Positions 10,088 to 19,425 of a DNA stretch of 64,000 bases are shown here, one piece after another. A model generated the notes under the pieces. It did no database searches and was not told where the DNA came from. It worked only from the letters and a program-made list of their open reading frames with translations. This DNA is from a virus, in the IMG/VR virus record IMGVR_UViG_3300044632_000653; one strand, 5' to 3'. A program made the translations under genes and the position numbers. Position 1 is the first letter of the stretch. The number at the start of each line of letters is the position of its first letter.

Positions 10088-10410
10088 AAGGTCCGATAAC
10101 CTTGTGGACAACTAGGGGGTCTTGACAGCAAGCACCGAAGGTGGTAAGATGGATGCGGACCCCTAAAGTGGCGTATAAAAAAATGCTGCCCCCTTCATTG
10201 TACCATGCCGAGCCGCCCGTTGTCAATGGCAAATCGGGGGAAAATTCCAAGAATTTTGTGGTCGGGGGGTCTTGACAGCGACCGTAGGGGTATGGTACAA
10301 TGAAGGGGGCGACACAAATTTTTAGCCACGCTTGGGGGTCCGCATCCATCTTACCATACCAAGCCGCCTGTTGTCAAGTTCCCAAGTTATCCACAAGGTT
10401 ATCGGACCTT
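10088..10410. repeat. Large imperfect inverted repeat with four sigma70 promoters and two DnaA boxes (candidate origin)
   Basis: Complementary blocks 10088-10113/10385-10410, 10143-10163/10335-10355, 10188-10206/10292-10310; TTATCCACA at 10387-10395, TGTGGACAA at 10103-10111. Confidence 0.85.
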
Positions 10411-10501
10411 GAACGCCGCTTGGCGGCTCGCCGTGGCTCGCCGAGGGCTCACATAAATCCATGTTTTTCCTACCTTTTCGGTACGGAATACCCCTAACGA
10501 G

Positions 10502-10530
10502 TTGACATGGGATAGGGGTTTGCTACCTTA
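10502..10530 (+). promoter_or_regulatory. Early promoter of the AAA gene
   Basis: TTGACA...TAGGGGTTTGC-TACCTT; same design at 22724-22751. Confidence 0.75.
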
Positions 10531-10590
10531 TAGGTGATGAGAGAGGCACTCTCAACTCCCACTCGCACCCTTCAGACGGAGGCTCCGACC

Positions 10591-11859
10591 ATGTCCCTCA
10601 CCCGCCTACAGCAGCAGTTTGTGGATGCCGCCCGTGTGGCATACCCGAACCGCACCGACCTCACGATGCAGGAGGTCCTCGCCGTCTGTAAGACGGCAGG
10701 GATGAACCTCCCGCAATGGCTCACCAACGACCGTCAGTATCGGGTCAAGCGAGGCTTGTACCGCCTCCCGACCGCCGAGGCTCCTGCGGTCAAGGCTGCG
10801 GTCGCCACCGCCCCCAAGACGGTGGCTGCGGCTGTCGCCGAGCCGAGGAAGACCGAGGTCGATGCCTCCCTCGCCTTCATGGGCGGGGCATCGCTCGTCC
10901 CCGCCAAACTCCCGACCTATGTCCCCTTCGGCGCACACGCCGACCTCAACAAGGTCATCAAGAGCCGCCGCTTCTACCCCGTGTACATCACGGGTCTCTC
11001 GGGCAACGGCAAGACCACGACGGTCGAACAGGCTTGCGCCGAGAACGGGCGTGAGTTCTTCCGAGTGAACATCACCCCCGAGACCTGCGAGGACGATCTC
11101 CTCGGCGGCTTCCGTCTCCTCAACGGCGAGACGGTGTGGGTCGATGGTCCCGTGGTGGTCGCCATGAAGCGGGGCGGCATCCTCCTCCTTGACGAGATCG
11201 ACCTCGGCACGATCAAGGTGATGTGCTTGCAGCCTGTCCTTGAGGGCAAGCGGGTCTTCATCAAGAAGACCAACACTTGGGTCGCCCCTATGGAGGGCTT
11301 CAATGTCATCGCCACGGGCAACACGAAGGGCAGGGGCGACGATACGGGCAAGTTCGTCGGAACGAACTGCATGAACGAAGCCTTCCTCGACCGCATCGGC
11401 GAGACGGTCGAGCAGGACTACCCGCCCGAGGCAGTCGAGGTCAAGATCGTCAACGCCAACCTCAAGGCGGTCGGTGTGGTCGGTCAGGAGACCTTCGCCA
11501 CCGCCTTGGTCAAGTGGGCGGCATCGATCCGCAAGACCTTCGCCGAGGGCGAGGGCGACGAGGTGATCACCACCCGCCGCTTGGTTCAGGCTGCGAACGC
11601 CTACGCCATCTACGGCGACCGCCTCAAGGCTGTCGAGAAGGTCACGACTCGGTTCGATGCGGTGACCAAGGCGGCGTTCATCGACCTCTACAAGAAGTTG
11701 GATGCCGAGGCTACGGCTGCGGCTGCTGCCGAGGTCGCTGAAGCCGAGCGTCTCGCACAGGCTCCGACCGCTCAACAGGTCACGCTTCCGAACACGGTGA
11801 CCACGGCTACGGCTGCGACCACGACCACGGCTGCGACCACTACGGGTTGCCCGTTCTGA
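10591..11859 (+). CDS. CobS/MoxR-like AAA+ ATPase
   Basis: Walker A GLSGNGKT, Walker B LLLDEID, sensor ATGN, NEAFLDR. Confidence 0.9.
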   Translation: MSLTRLQQQFVDAARVAYPNRTDLTMQEVLAVCKTAGMNLPQWLTNDRQYRVKRGLYRLPTAEAPAVKAAVATAPKTVAAAVAEPRKTEVDASLAFMGGASLVPAKLPTYVPFGAHADLNKVIKSRRFYPVYITGLSGNGKTTTVEQACAENGREFFRVNITPETCEDDLLGGFRLLNGETVWVDGPVVVAMKRGGILLLDEIDLGTIKVMCLQPVLEGKRVFIKKTNTWVAPMEGFNVIATGNTKGRGDDTGKFVGTNCMNEAFLDRIGETVEQDYPPEAVEVKIVNANLKAVGVVGQETFATALVKWAASIRKTFAEGEGDEVITTRRLVQAANAYAIYGDRLKAVEKVTTRFDAVTKAAFIDLYKKLDAEATAAAAAEVAEAERLAQAPTAQQVTLPNTVTTATAATTTTAATTTGCPF

Positions 11860-11909
11860 TCTTCTCACGAAGAGAGGAGTGGGGTTGAGCCTCCGACTCC
11901 TCTAGTGCC

Positions 11910-11949
11910 TCCCCCCTGCATCGACAACGGTGCAGGGGGTTTTCTTTTT
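11910..11949 (+). terminator. Intrinsic terminator
   Basis: CCCCCTGCA...TGCAGGGGG followed by TTTTCTTTTT. Confidence 0.8.
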
Positions 11950-12491
11950 GGAGTAGAGGTACACGGCAAGCGGATCGAAATCGGACAACGGCTACGGAAG
12001 CATGAGAGCCATGAGAGCCGAGTCGAGTCGAGCCGAGTCGAGTCATGCTCAAGTCATATGGAAACGGATACGAAATGTCGATGGGGGGTTTATATTTTCA
12101 CGGTACACGGCGTGGAGCCTCGGGGCGGCGAAGACCCTCTCCCACCCATCTCCTCCGAGGAAAACTCCAATTTCCCAACCGCTCTCCCGCTCACTCTCTC
12201 CGTTCCTCTGTTATTCTCCAATCATCACCCGATCATCACCCATCACCGCCATGGATCCCTCCTCCAAGCATCTCCCATCTTCCCTCCCGTCTTCCCTCCC
12301 TCTTTCCCAAAGAAAATCGAAGACCCCCCCTCCCCCCACGGGGGTGGGTTCATCCGTTTACCTCCCCTACCCTCAAAAATTTTCTTGCCGTGACGAGCGT
12401 TTTTACAGGTTGAACTCCAACTTTCCCGATGTCACTCCCGATGGCACTCTCAACGGAGACAGAGAATCTAAATAAGAAAGGAAACCCCTCG

Positions 12492-12962
12492 GTGAAGAAT
12501 CCCCTGACCGTCCTGATGTCCCTGCGATACCACGCCACTCGGAAGAAGCCGTTGGTCTACTCCTTCGTCCCCGAGTACTCCGATGCCATGCGTCCTCTCA
12601 CCTACACGGTGGCGAGGGAGCCCATGGAGGTCGAGACCGTCCTCCCCGATGGCAAGGAGACCAAGAACAGGGCGGCTGTCGGCGACATCGTCATGTGCGG
12701 GATCAGCCGTGAGAAGTATGTCATCCGCAGGGAGAAGTTCCCCTCGCTCTACACGGGCACGGTCGGCGAGAGGGTCACGGTGGCGCAGCAGTCCCGTGAG
12801 GTCGCACGGTACACGGGGAAGGACACCCTCCACTTCAAGGCTCCTTGGGGTGAGGACATGGTCGTGAAGACGGGCGACTATGTCGTGAAGGATGGCGGGG
12901 GCGGCGGTCACTACAGGATCGCCAAGTCGGAGTTTGAGCGGACATACGAGCCGATCCCGTGA
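12492..12962 (+). CDS. PGDYG-like protein
   Basis: VGDIVMCG and APWGEDMVVKTGDYVV motifs; TAAATA at 12469. Confidence 0.6.
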   Translation: MKNPLTVLMSLRYHATRKKPLVYSFVPEYSDAMRPLTYTVAREPMEVETVLPDGKETKNRAAVGDIVMCGISREKYVIRREKFPSLYTGTVGERVTVAQQSREVARYTGKDTLHFKAPWGEDMVVKTGDYVVKDGGGGGHYRIAKSEFERTYEPIP

Positions 12963-12976
12963 GAACCCGTGGAACG

Positions 12977-13513
12977 GACGGGCATAGATAAGGTATCGAA
13001 AGGAACTCCAATGACCAACGAGAATCAAATCACCACCGCCACCATGCGGAACCTTGTCGAGGCTGCGAACGGGATCAACGAGGTCCACGGCGGCATCCTC
13101 CCCTCCAAGCCCAATCTTGAAACACGCTTCAAGGCTGCGATTGCTCATAGGAAAACCCTTGAGGATCTCGAAGCGAAGATGGAGTTGTCCATGCGGCGAC
13201 TGAAGGAGGAGATGATCAAACTTGAGAAGGCGAACAATTCCCTTCTCGTCCCTGTTTTGGACACACTTCGCAACAACGAAATTCTACCGAAGTCCATTTC
13301 CGTAGAGGCGCAGAGGCGAATCAAGGAGTGTCAGGCTGCTTGCAACGAAGTTCGCCTCGCTAGCGAGATGGTGGGTACCCATTTGTCCTCCATGAGCAAT
13401 ACTTGGAAGAAGTTGAACTGACGGGTATAGATAAGGTATCGAAAGGAACTCCAATGACCAACGAGAATCAAATCACCACCGCCACCATGCGGAACCTTGT
13501 CGAGGCTGCGAAC
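12977..13513 (+). repeat. 94-bp direct repeat (12977-13070, 13420-13513): late promoter, RBS and 20-codon leader
   Basis: Identical except one C/T; encodes MTNENQITTATMRNLVEAAN. Confidence 0.95.
13011..13421 (+). CDS. Late coiled-coil protein with shared leader
   Basis: TAGATA, AAGGA RBS, ATG. Confidence 0.7.
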   Translation: MTNENQITTATMRNLVEAANGINEVHGGILPSKPNLETRFKAAIAHRKTLEDLEAKMELSMRRLKEEMIKLEKANNSLLVPVLDTLRNNEILPKSISVEAQRRIKECQAACNEVRLASEMVGTHLSSMSNTWKKLN

Positions 13514-13939
13514 ATGATCGGCAACGGGATCGACGAAGACATGACCGAGGGACTTCGGACGGTAGCGAAGTTCTACACCATGCCACTCGGTTTGCAGGTC
13601 GAGTTCAGGTTCGACCCGTCCAAGCCCAAGGAGGTGATATCGGTATCGGGTGGAACGAGCCGCAAGGTGCCGACCGAGTTGGTATTGGGATGGATTGCCT
13701 CCTACAAGCACATCGATGACATGACGAGGACTGAACTCAACGGGGACAAGAGCCACTACGCTGTTCCCGACATGGACCACGGTCACTCGCCCGAGTTCGT
13801 CATCGGTCCTTACTGGAGCAAGTTGTTCCTCAACAGACAGGGAAAGACTTCGATAAAGCACACCTTCCCCGATGTGTATGTCTATCCCCATTGGCTGAAG
13901 CGGATCAGGGAACTGCTGACGGTCAAAAGACTTCCATGA
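13454..13939 (+). CDS. Late hypothetical protein with shared leader
   Basis: Same cassette as 13011 but an unrelated body. Confidence 0.7.
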   Translation: MTNENQITTATMRNLVEAANMIGNGIDEDMTEGLRTVAKFYTMPLGLQVEFRFDPSKPKEVISVSGGTSRKVPTELVLGWIASYKHIDDMTRTELNGDKSHYAVPDMDHGHSPEFVIGPYWSKLFLNRQGKTSIKHTFPDVYVYPHWLKRIRELLTVKRLP

Positions 13940-14376
13940 AGACCTTCGTCTCCTACATCTCCGAGAACGCCCCCGAGGGGGCACCGAAGCCCGAGCGCAA
14001 GATCGGCAAGGTCAAGTATTGGATGAACTTGACGGACAAGCAGGACGGCGAGGAGCCTTTTCGGGAGGTCGAGTACACCCGCAAGGTGAAGTCCGACACC
14101 GTGCCGAACGCCCATTGGTACTTCCTTGGTGACACCCCGATGTCGGGGATGACTAGGGGAGAGAGGCGTTACAGGGCGGCGGTCGTTTTGCTCATCGACA
14201 CCCATGGAATCTTCCTTGCTACGGTGAAGGAGGATGCCAAGATATCCAAGGGCAACTACGGCAGGTGGCAGTCGGGGGACTTTTGGACGGACAACTTCAC
14301 CGCCGCCAAGCGGCATGCCGAGGACCTCGCCCTTCGCCGACTACAGCGAGAACAGCAACCGAAGCCAAAGGCATGA
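13936..14376 (+). CDS. Putative internal head protein
   Basis: MKTFVSYISE leader; ATGA overlap. Confidence 0.7.
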   Translation: MKTFVSYISENAPEGAPKPERKIGKVKYWMNLTDKQDGEEPFREVEYTRKVKSDTVPNAHWYFLGDTPMSGMTRGERRYRAAVVLLIDTHGIFLATVKEDAKISKGNYGRWQSGDFWTDNFTAAKRHAEDLALRRLQREQQPKPKA

Positions 14377-14756
14377 AGACCTTCGTCTCCTACATCTCCG
14401 AGGCTGCGAAGCCTAGTCGTACCGTGCCCTACCGTTGGAGTGCGACGGATACGCAGCATGCCATGAACTACACTCGGACGATGCCGTCATCCGTTCCGAA
14501 CGCCAAGTGGTATGTGGTCGATGGATCATACGACAAGGAGAAGAAGGACTACCGCCTCCTCCGTGACGGGGTGGTAATCGCTCATATCAGGTATCACCCG
14601 AGCGAAGGCGTGTGGCGATGGGAAACCATCCACAGCGCACCTAGAGGTGGATTGGGGATGGGTAGGCACGACAAGGGGAAGTATGTGTCTAGTAAGCCCC
14701 TCGCCCTTTCATTAGCGGAGAAGCAGATCATCGAAAGGGAGAGGACCGCAGGATGA
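14373..14756 (+). CDS. Putative internal head protein
   Basis: Identical MKTFVSYISE leader (31-bp DNA repeat); shares YTR..VPNA.WY with the previous gene. Confidence 0.7.
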   Translation: MKTFVSYISEAAKPSRTVPYRWSATDTQHAMNYTRTMPSSVPNAKWYVVDGSYDKEKKDYRLLRDGVVIAHIRYHPSEGVWRWETIHSAPRGGLGMGRHDKGKYVSSKPLALSLAEKQIIERERTAG

Positions 14757-15145
14757 AGGACTTCCACGGATTCATCTCCGAGGCTCCCGTCTCGTACACC
14801 GCAGTCATGCTCGACCAACGGAGCCATGACCTTCTCATGTCGAGGATGCGTCCTCACATGCCCGAGGGATGGAAGGTGTACGCCCACCACATGACGATGC
14901 ACATGGGAGCGGCGAAGCCCGAGGACAGGGTCGGGCAGTCCGTGACCATCGTCGCAGACGCATGGGCGGCTGACGAGCGCACGGTCGCCGTGAGGGTCAC
15001 GGGTCACCCGAGCAGGAACAGGACCCCGCATGTGACCGTGGCTGTCAATGCCGCTGCGGGTGCGAAGCCCAAGGACAGCAACCTCCACACGGAATGGAAG
15101 CCGATGCCTCCGCTGAGGCTGACGGGCACCGTGGGAGAGGCTTGA
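14753..15145 (+). CDS. 2H phosphoesterase (cyclic phosphodiesterase-like) with a capsid-targeting-like leader
   Basis: Two HxT motifs (HHMTM, PHVTV); leader MKDFHGFISE. Confidence 0.75.
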   Translation: MKDFHGFISEAPVSYTAVMLDQRSHDLLMSRMRPHMPEGWKVYAHHMTMHMGAAKPEDRVGQSVTIVADAWAADERTVAVRVTGHPSRNRTPHVTVAVNAAAGAKPKDSNLHTEWKPMPPLRLTGTVGEA

Positions 15146-15216
15146 AGCGCAAACCCCACAGGCTCCTCCTCTTATGTGCCTTCCTCTAAGTAGGGCAAAG
15201 CACCTTTGGAGGAAGC

Positions 15217-16548
15217 ATGCACAGGATCATCTCGTCCTTCTGCGCCATGGCTCTCGTAGCCTTCGCAGCCGTCACGACCGCCGCAGCGCAGGTGGTCGTG
15301 CCCCCGAGCATCGTCACGCAGCCCGATGGAACCCTGCGGTTGGTCCCCGTGCCACCCGCAACGGTGTACACCCCGTATGTGATCGACCCGAGCATCAAGT
15401 ACAGGCTCGTCATGGAGTCGGGTTGGTCGAACGCCGATTGGCAGGGCAAGACCCGCAACGGTCAGGTCGCCTTGAAGGACCGTGAGATCACGGTTGACCT
15501 GATGGCGATGCCGCTGACGAGGACCGCCGTGATCGACGGCAAGACCGTGACCCTCTTCAGCGTCTTCCGCTCGGCGGATGTCTGCATCGGTTGGGACAAC
15601 ACGAAGTTGGAACTCCTCCCGCTCGGTCCCCAAGGGACGGCGTTCGACGCATCCGTCTTCAACGGGTCGAAGTCGAGGTTGGACCGCATCTCCCCCGCAG
15701 AGGGCGAGGGCTCCGCTCAGGGTGTCGCAGTCCTCCATGCCGAGGTCCTGCCCCCGCCGCAGGAGAGGACCCCCGCACTCCGACCCGACTACTACAGGTG
15801 GAACATGGGAGGATTCCTGTGGCAGGGCGGCTACCGACTCGTAGCCAAGTTGCGGTTCCGAGTGCGGGATGACTTCTACTACCCTGTGCAGTCGAGGACC
15901 GACATACGGATCCTCCCCACCGTCTCCCATGGCGGTGTCGAGTACGCCACCAAGATCGACGGGAGCCCGACCAAGGGGACGAATGTCCTCGGCGAGACGA
16001 GGAGCAGCGTGAACGGCATCCTCTTCGGTGTCGGTCCCGAGTACAAGGTCACCCACTCGCTCGTCGCTCCCGCCGTCAAGGCGAAGGTCGGCGACATCGT
16101 TCCCGTGAAGGTACTCGTATCCTCCGAGACCAAGCCGCAGCGGCTGCACTCGGTCGCCACCAACTTCGCATGGGATCCGTCCAAGTTGGAGTTCATGGGC
16201 ATCTCCACCACGGGATCGCTCTCGTTCCAACAGAACAACCTTCCCTTCGTGGGGGCGGGGAACATCAACGAGGCGACCGTGCCCAAGGACGGGACGGCTG
16301 CGCACAATTGGCTGTGCCGCCTCGGGACGAGGACCGTGGTCACGGGCGGCGGTCTCGTCGCCACGCTGAACTTCAAGGTCGTGTCGGAGTTCGACACGGC
16401 GGCGGTCGAGATCCTCGGCAAGGACGATCCCCGACTCGTCGGCGTGTTCGTGTTGGACGAGTCGGGCATCCTCGGCAGCGACATCCCAGGCGTCTTCGTC
16501 ACGGGAACGAAGGTCAATGCCGTCGTGAAGGGTCCTCTCTCGCCGTGA
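15217..16548 (+). CDS. Secreted protein with two cohesin-like domains
   Basis: Signal peptide ending TAAA-Q; KVGDIVPVKV...FAWDPSKLEFMGI...LVATLNFKV, plus an upstream copy IGWDNTKLEL...LVAKLRFRV. Confidence 0.7.
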   Translation: MHRIISSFCAMALVAFAAVTTAAAQVVVPPSIVTQPDGTLRLVPVPPATVYTPYVIDPSIKYRLVMESGWSNADWQGKTRNGQVALKDREITVDLMAMPLTRTAVIDGKTVTLFSVFRSADVCIGWDNTKLELLPLGPQGTAFDASVFNGSKSRLDRISPAEGEGSAQGVAVLHAEVLPPPQERTPALRPDYYRWNMGGFLWQGGYRLVAKLRFRVRDDFYYPVQSRTDIRILPTVSHGGVEYATKIDGSPTKGTNVLGETRSSVNGILFGVGPEYKVTHSLVAPAVKAKVGDIVPVKVLVSSETKPQRLHSVATNFAWDPSKLEFMGISTTGSLSFQQNNLPFVGAGNINEATVPKDGTAAHNWLCRLGTRTVVTGGGLVATLNFKVVSEFDTAAVEILGKDDPRLVGVFVLDESGILGSDIPGVFVTGTKVNAVVKGPLSP

Positions 16549-16589
16549 TCCATGGGTGATCGATGGTTTCACGGGGATACATACTTCCC

Positions 16590-16901
16590 GTGAGGTCGTT
16601 CAAGTCATACATCTCCGAGGGACCGTACTCGTTCAAGGACTTCAAGGATCCTTGGGCTGTCATGTCGCCCGAGGACCGCAAGGAAGCGAACCGCCTGTTC
16701 AAGGCGGCGATGAAGGCGTTCCCTTCCTCCATGCGGCAGAAGGAACTGCAAGCCAAGTTGTTCGCCCTCCTCGACAAGTATGGGATAGGGAAGACAAAGG
16801 TTGCCGAGGATTGGTCGAAAGAGTACAAGGCTTCGATCAACTGCAACAACCCCAAGGGCTTCTCGCAACGGGCGCATTGCCAAGGCAGGAAAAAGGGATG
16901 A
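16590..16901 (+). CDS. Putative internal head protein
   Basis: GTG start MRSFKSYISE; C-terminal CNNPKGFSQRAHC module; TACATA at 16578. Confidence 0.7.
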   Translation: MRSFKSYISEGPYSFKDFKDPWAVMSPEDRKEANRLFKAAMKAFPSSMRQKELQAKLFALLDKYGIGKTKVAEDWSKEYKASINCNNPKGFSQRAHCQGRKKG

Positions 16902-18202
16902 AGTCATATCACGAACTCGTAATGTTCCTTGAGAACAGCGGTGTGATGAGGTTCACCGAGCGTGGACTCTCGTCCTATCTCAGTTCGGCAGAGCGCATGG
17001 TCAAGGATGCTCAGGCGAGGAGCGGAGACTTCGCACGGATGCAGGACGCACAGATCGCAGCAGTCCTCGGGCATCTCATATCCCATATCACCCGAATCGT
17101 GAACACCGTTCCGAAGGACACGGATCCGAAGGCAGTCGGCATCGCACGGAAACTCCTCTCGCTCGGCGGCAAGGCTGCGAGCGTCAAGAAGGCATTCGAT
17201 GACCTCAGCCGCAGCGGTGCGGCGATTGCTGCGAGGATGACCTCCGAACTGCAAGGCAAGTACGACATGCGGTTTGAGTCATATGATGGAGCGCATCCCT
17301 ACGAGATTGAGCGTGATCGGATCACCAAGGAAACAGTAGCCGCAGCAAAGGCAAGGGGATCGTCAAGGACGCAGGGAGAGAAACTTGCCAAGATAGAGAT
17401 AGAACGATGGAAGAAGGCAGAAGGCAAACACTTGTATTCCGACTTCACGAACCGACAATTTCGTGCAGCAACGGATCAGGAGAAACGAAACGAAGAGCGT
17501 GAAGCGCAAGCAAAGCAAGAAATCTCCCGAATGTTCTCTGATGCTGACAGGCTACTTGTAGCCGCAGGGTTCAAGTTGGAGCGTGGTCCTCAAGGCGGAA
17601 GCCAGTCACGCTATTACACCGATGGTAAAATCAAGGTCCGTATTTCGGACCACGAAGTTCCCATGACTGCGGAGCGTCAACACAACAGGACGGTCAGCGG
17701 CAGGAATCCATGGTTTGAATTCATATTTGGTGAACGAGATAGAGCAGGTGTCCTACGAGTGAATCCGAAGGAGTTGCAGCACTTGCGTGATTGGATTGGT
17801 GATCTGAAGGAAATGCGATCCGAATCCCACGACCCCAAGCACATTGACGAGACTGCCTACGGAGTGTTCTCCAACTACCTCGGTTCCTCCATGATGTCGT
17901 TCGTGCAGACGAAACAGCATGAGTTGGATCGCAGGACCGACAAACTCACGAAGGCTCTCGCCCGTGTGCATGCACAAGGGGCTGCGGGAGTCCAAAGGGA
18001 CCTCGGCTTGCCATTCGCACAGGTCAGCCTCGACGGGGTGGAGTTCCGTCCGCACAGGGGTGGCGTGAGGAAACTCCTCGTCCGATTCAACCCGAACGGG
18101 ACCCTCGGGATCAACGCCGATGGGAAGACGGTGGCGAACTCCGCAGCCCTGCGTGACATCGGTCCCCTCATGGCGAAGATCGTCGGCGGCGGATTCGCAT
18201 AA
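16898..18202 (+). CDS. Multi-module putative internal protein
   Basis: MKSYHELVMFLE leader; central lower-GC module containing SRYY...VRISDH. Confidence 0.65.
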   Translation: MKSYHELVMFLENSGVMRFTERGLSSYLSSAERMVKDAQARSGDFARMQDAQIAAVLGHLISHITRIVNTVPKDTDPKAVGIARKLLSLGGKAASVKKAFDDLSRSGAAIAARMTSELQGKYDMRFESYDGAHPYEIERDRITKETVAAAKARGSSRTQGEKLAKIEIERWKKAEGKHLYSDFTNRQFRAATDQEKRNEEREAQAKQEISRMFSDADRLLVAAGFKLERGPQGGSQSRYYTDGKIKVRISDHEVPMTAERQHNRTVSGRNPWFEFIFGERDRAGVLRVNPKELQHLRDWIGDLKEMRSESHDPKHIDETAYGVFSNYLGSSMMSFVQTKQHELDRRTDKLTKALARVHAQGAAGVQRDLGLPFAQVSLDGVEFRPHRGGVRKLLVRFNPNGTLGINADGKTVANSAALRDIGPLMAKIVGGGFA

Positions 18203-18278
18203 GATCACCGCATAAACGCAGAAACTGAAGACGAACCCCCTTGATGGTTATCGGTAATGAGTGGTAACCTCACAGACC

Positions 18279-18959
18279 ATGAACAAGACTTTCATGCGTA
18301 ACCTTGCCGAGAACATCGCCCTCAACTCTCTTCGCCACGGCGGTCTCCTGCCGAAGCATCAGGTCATCGTGGACCGTCAGGACTCGGACCCATCCACGGT
18401 CCTCGGCAAATGGGACGGGAAGATTCCGTTCGGTCCACCTGCACCAAACGCAAGTGTGGAGACCGTCATGGAACTCAACCACATCGTTGAAGGTCAGACA
18501 CTCGCATCGAAGGAAGAGATCGAATTCAGTCTCTCTATCGACAAGCCGAGGAACCACTACGAATGGTGGAGCAGGGAGGTCGAGTCCCTCACGGGCAGGA
18601 GGCACTCACCCGACAGGCTCTACATGATCGCCGACATGGCTGAGGGATTCCTCCTGCGGCTGAAGGCGCACTTCGACCGACCGAGACCGTATCAACTCGG
18701 TCCCCACCTCGGGAAGCGCATCCACATGTTCCTGCCCGACCCGAGGACACCTTCGTATCCATCGGGTCACTCGTTCGACGCATACCTGATCGCACTCACA
18801 CTCAGCGACGAGCATCCCGAGCATCACGAACGCCTCTTTGAACTCGCCGACACAGTCGGGGTTACGAGGATCATCGGGGGAGTCCACTACTCCTCCGACA
18901 TCACGGCGGGTCGCAACGCCGCCATCATCGCACACCGCATCATCAAGGGAATGAAATGA
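18279..18959 (+). CDS. PAP2-superfamily acid phosphatase
   Basis: KAHFDRPRP, SYPSGHS and RIIGGVHYSSD motifs. Confidence 0.85.
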   Translation: MNKTFMRNLAENIALNSLRHGGLLPKHQVIVDRQDSDPSTVLGKWDGKIPFGPPAPNASVETVMELNHIVEGQTLASKEEIEFSLSIDKPRNHYEWWSREVESLTGRRHSPDRLYMIADMAEGFLLRLKAHFDRPRPYQLGPHLGKRIHMFLPDPRTPSYPSGHSFDAYLIALTLSDEHPEHHERLFELADTVGVTRIIGGVHYSSDITAGRNAAIIAHRIIKGMK

Positions 18960-19267
18960 CAACCCCGAGCCCGAGGGACACCTTCGATGTGGACGATCCG
19001 TTCGCAGAGAACTTCTCGTTTGAGGTGACCGACAATCCCGAGGAGATCGTTCGCACCGTCGAGGGGAAGATGGAGACGCAGCGTGACGCTGCGATCAGGA
19101 TCCATGCGGAGAGCATGGCGCAGGTCGAGAAACTCATACTCCCCCTGCTCAACAACCTGATGAAGAACCCCGACAAGGCGTACATCAAGTGGGAGAATAG
19201 GGTCCCCGCAATCAAGACGCAGATCTCCAAGATCACGGCGATCACCCGCAAGCCGCTCGACTGCTGA
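18956..19267 (+). CDS. Conserved T4-like phage hypothetical protein
   Basis: LILPLLNNLMKNPDKAYIKWENR; ATGA coupling. Confidence 0.65.
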   Translation: MTTPSPRDTFDVDDPFAENFSFEVTDNPEEIVRTVEGKMETQRDAAIRIHAESMAQVEKLILPLLNNLMKNPDKAYIKWENRVPAIKTQISKITAITRKPLDC

Positions 19268-19271
19268 AATA

Positions 19272-19425
19272 AGAAGACCCCCCGTGCGCAACGAGGGGTC
19301 TTCCGATTATAGCCCCGCTAGTTCGGGGACTTTATGGCGAGTTTTACTTCGCCTCACGATGCCTTCTAGTTGGCACGGTGCGGTCGCCTGTCCGTGGGTA
19401 CCCGTGGACGGGCTCTTTTCCCTTG
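19272..19425 (-). ncRNA. Candidate multi-hairpin small RNA
   Basis: Intergenic; minus-strand TACATA at ~19430-19435, four hairpins, terminal terminator. Confidence 0.35.

Noticed and set aside
7394-11859. Cobalamin biosynthesis (cobS/cobT) as an auxiliary metabolic function
   Set aside because: No cobN or other cob genes; a generic MoxR-VWA pair is common in T4-like phages
12977-13513. Repeat pair as a diversity-generating retroelement TR/VR
   Set aside because: Single C/T difference, located at gene 5' ends, and no reverse transcriptase in the window
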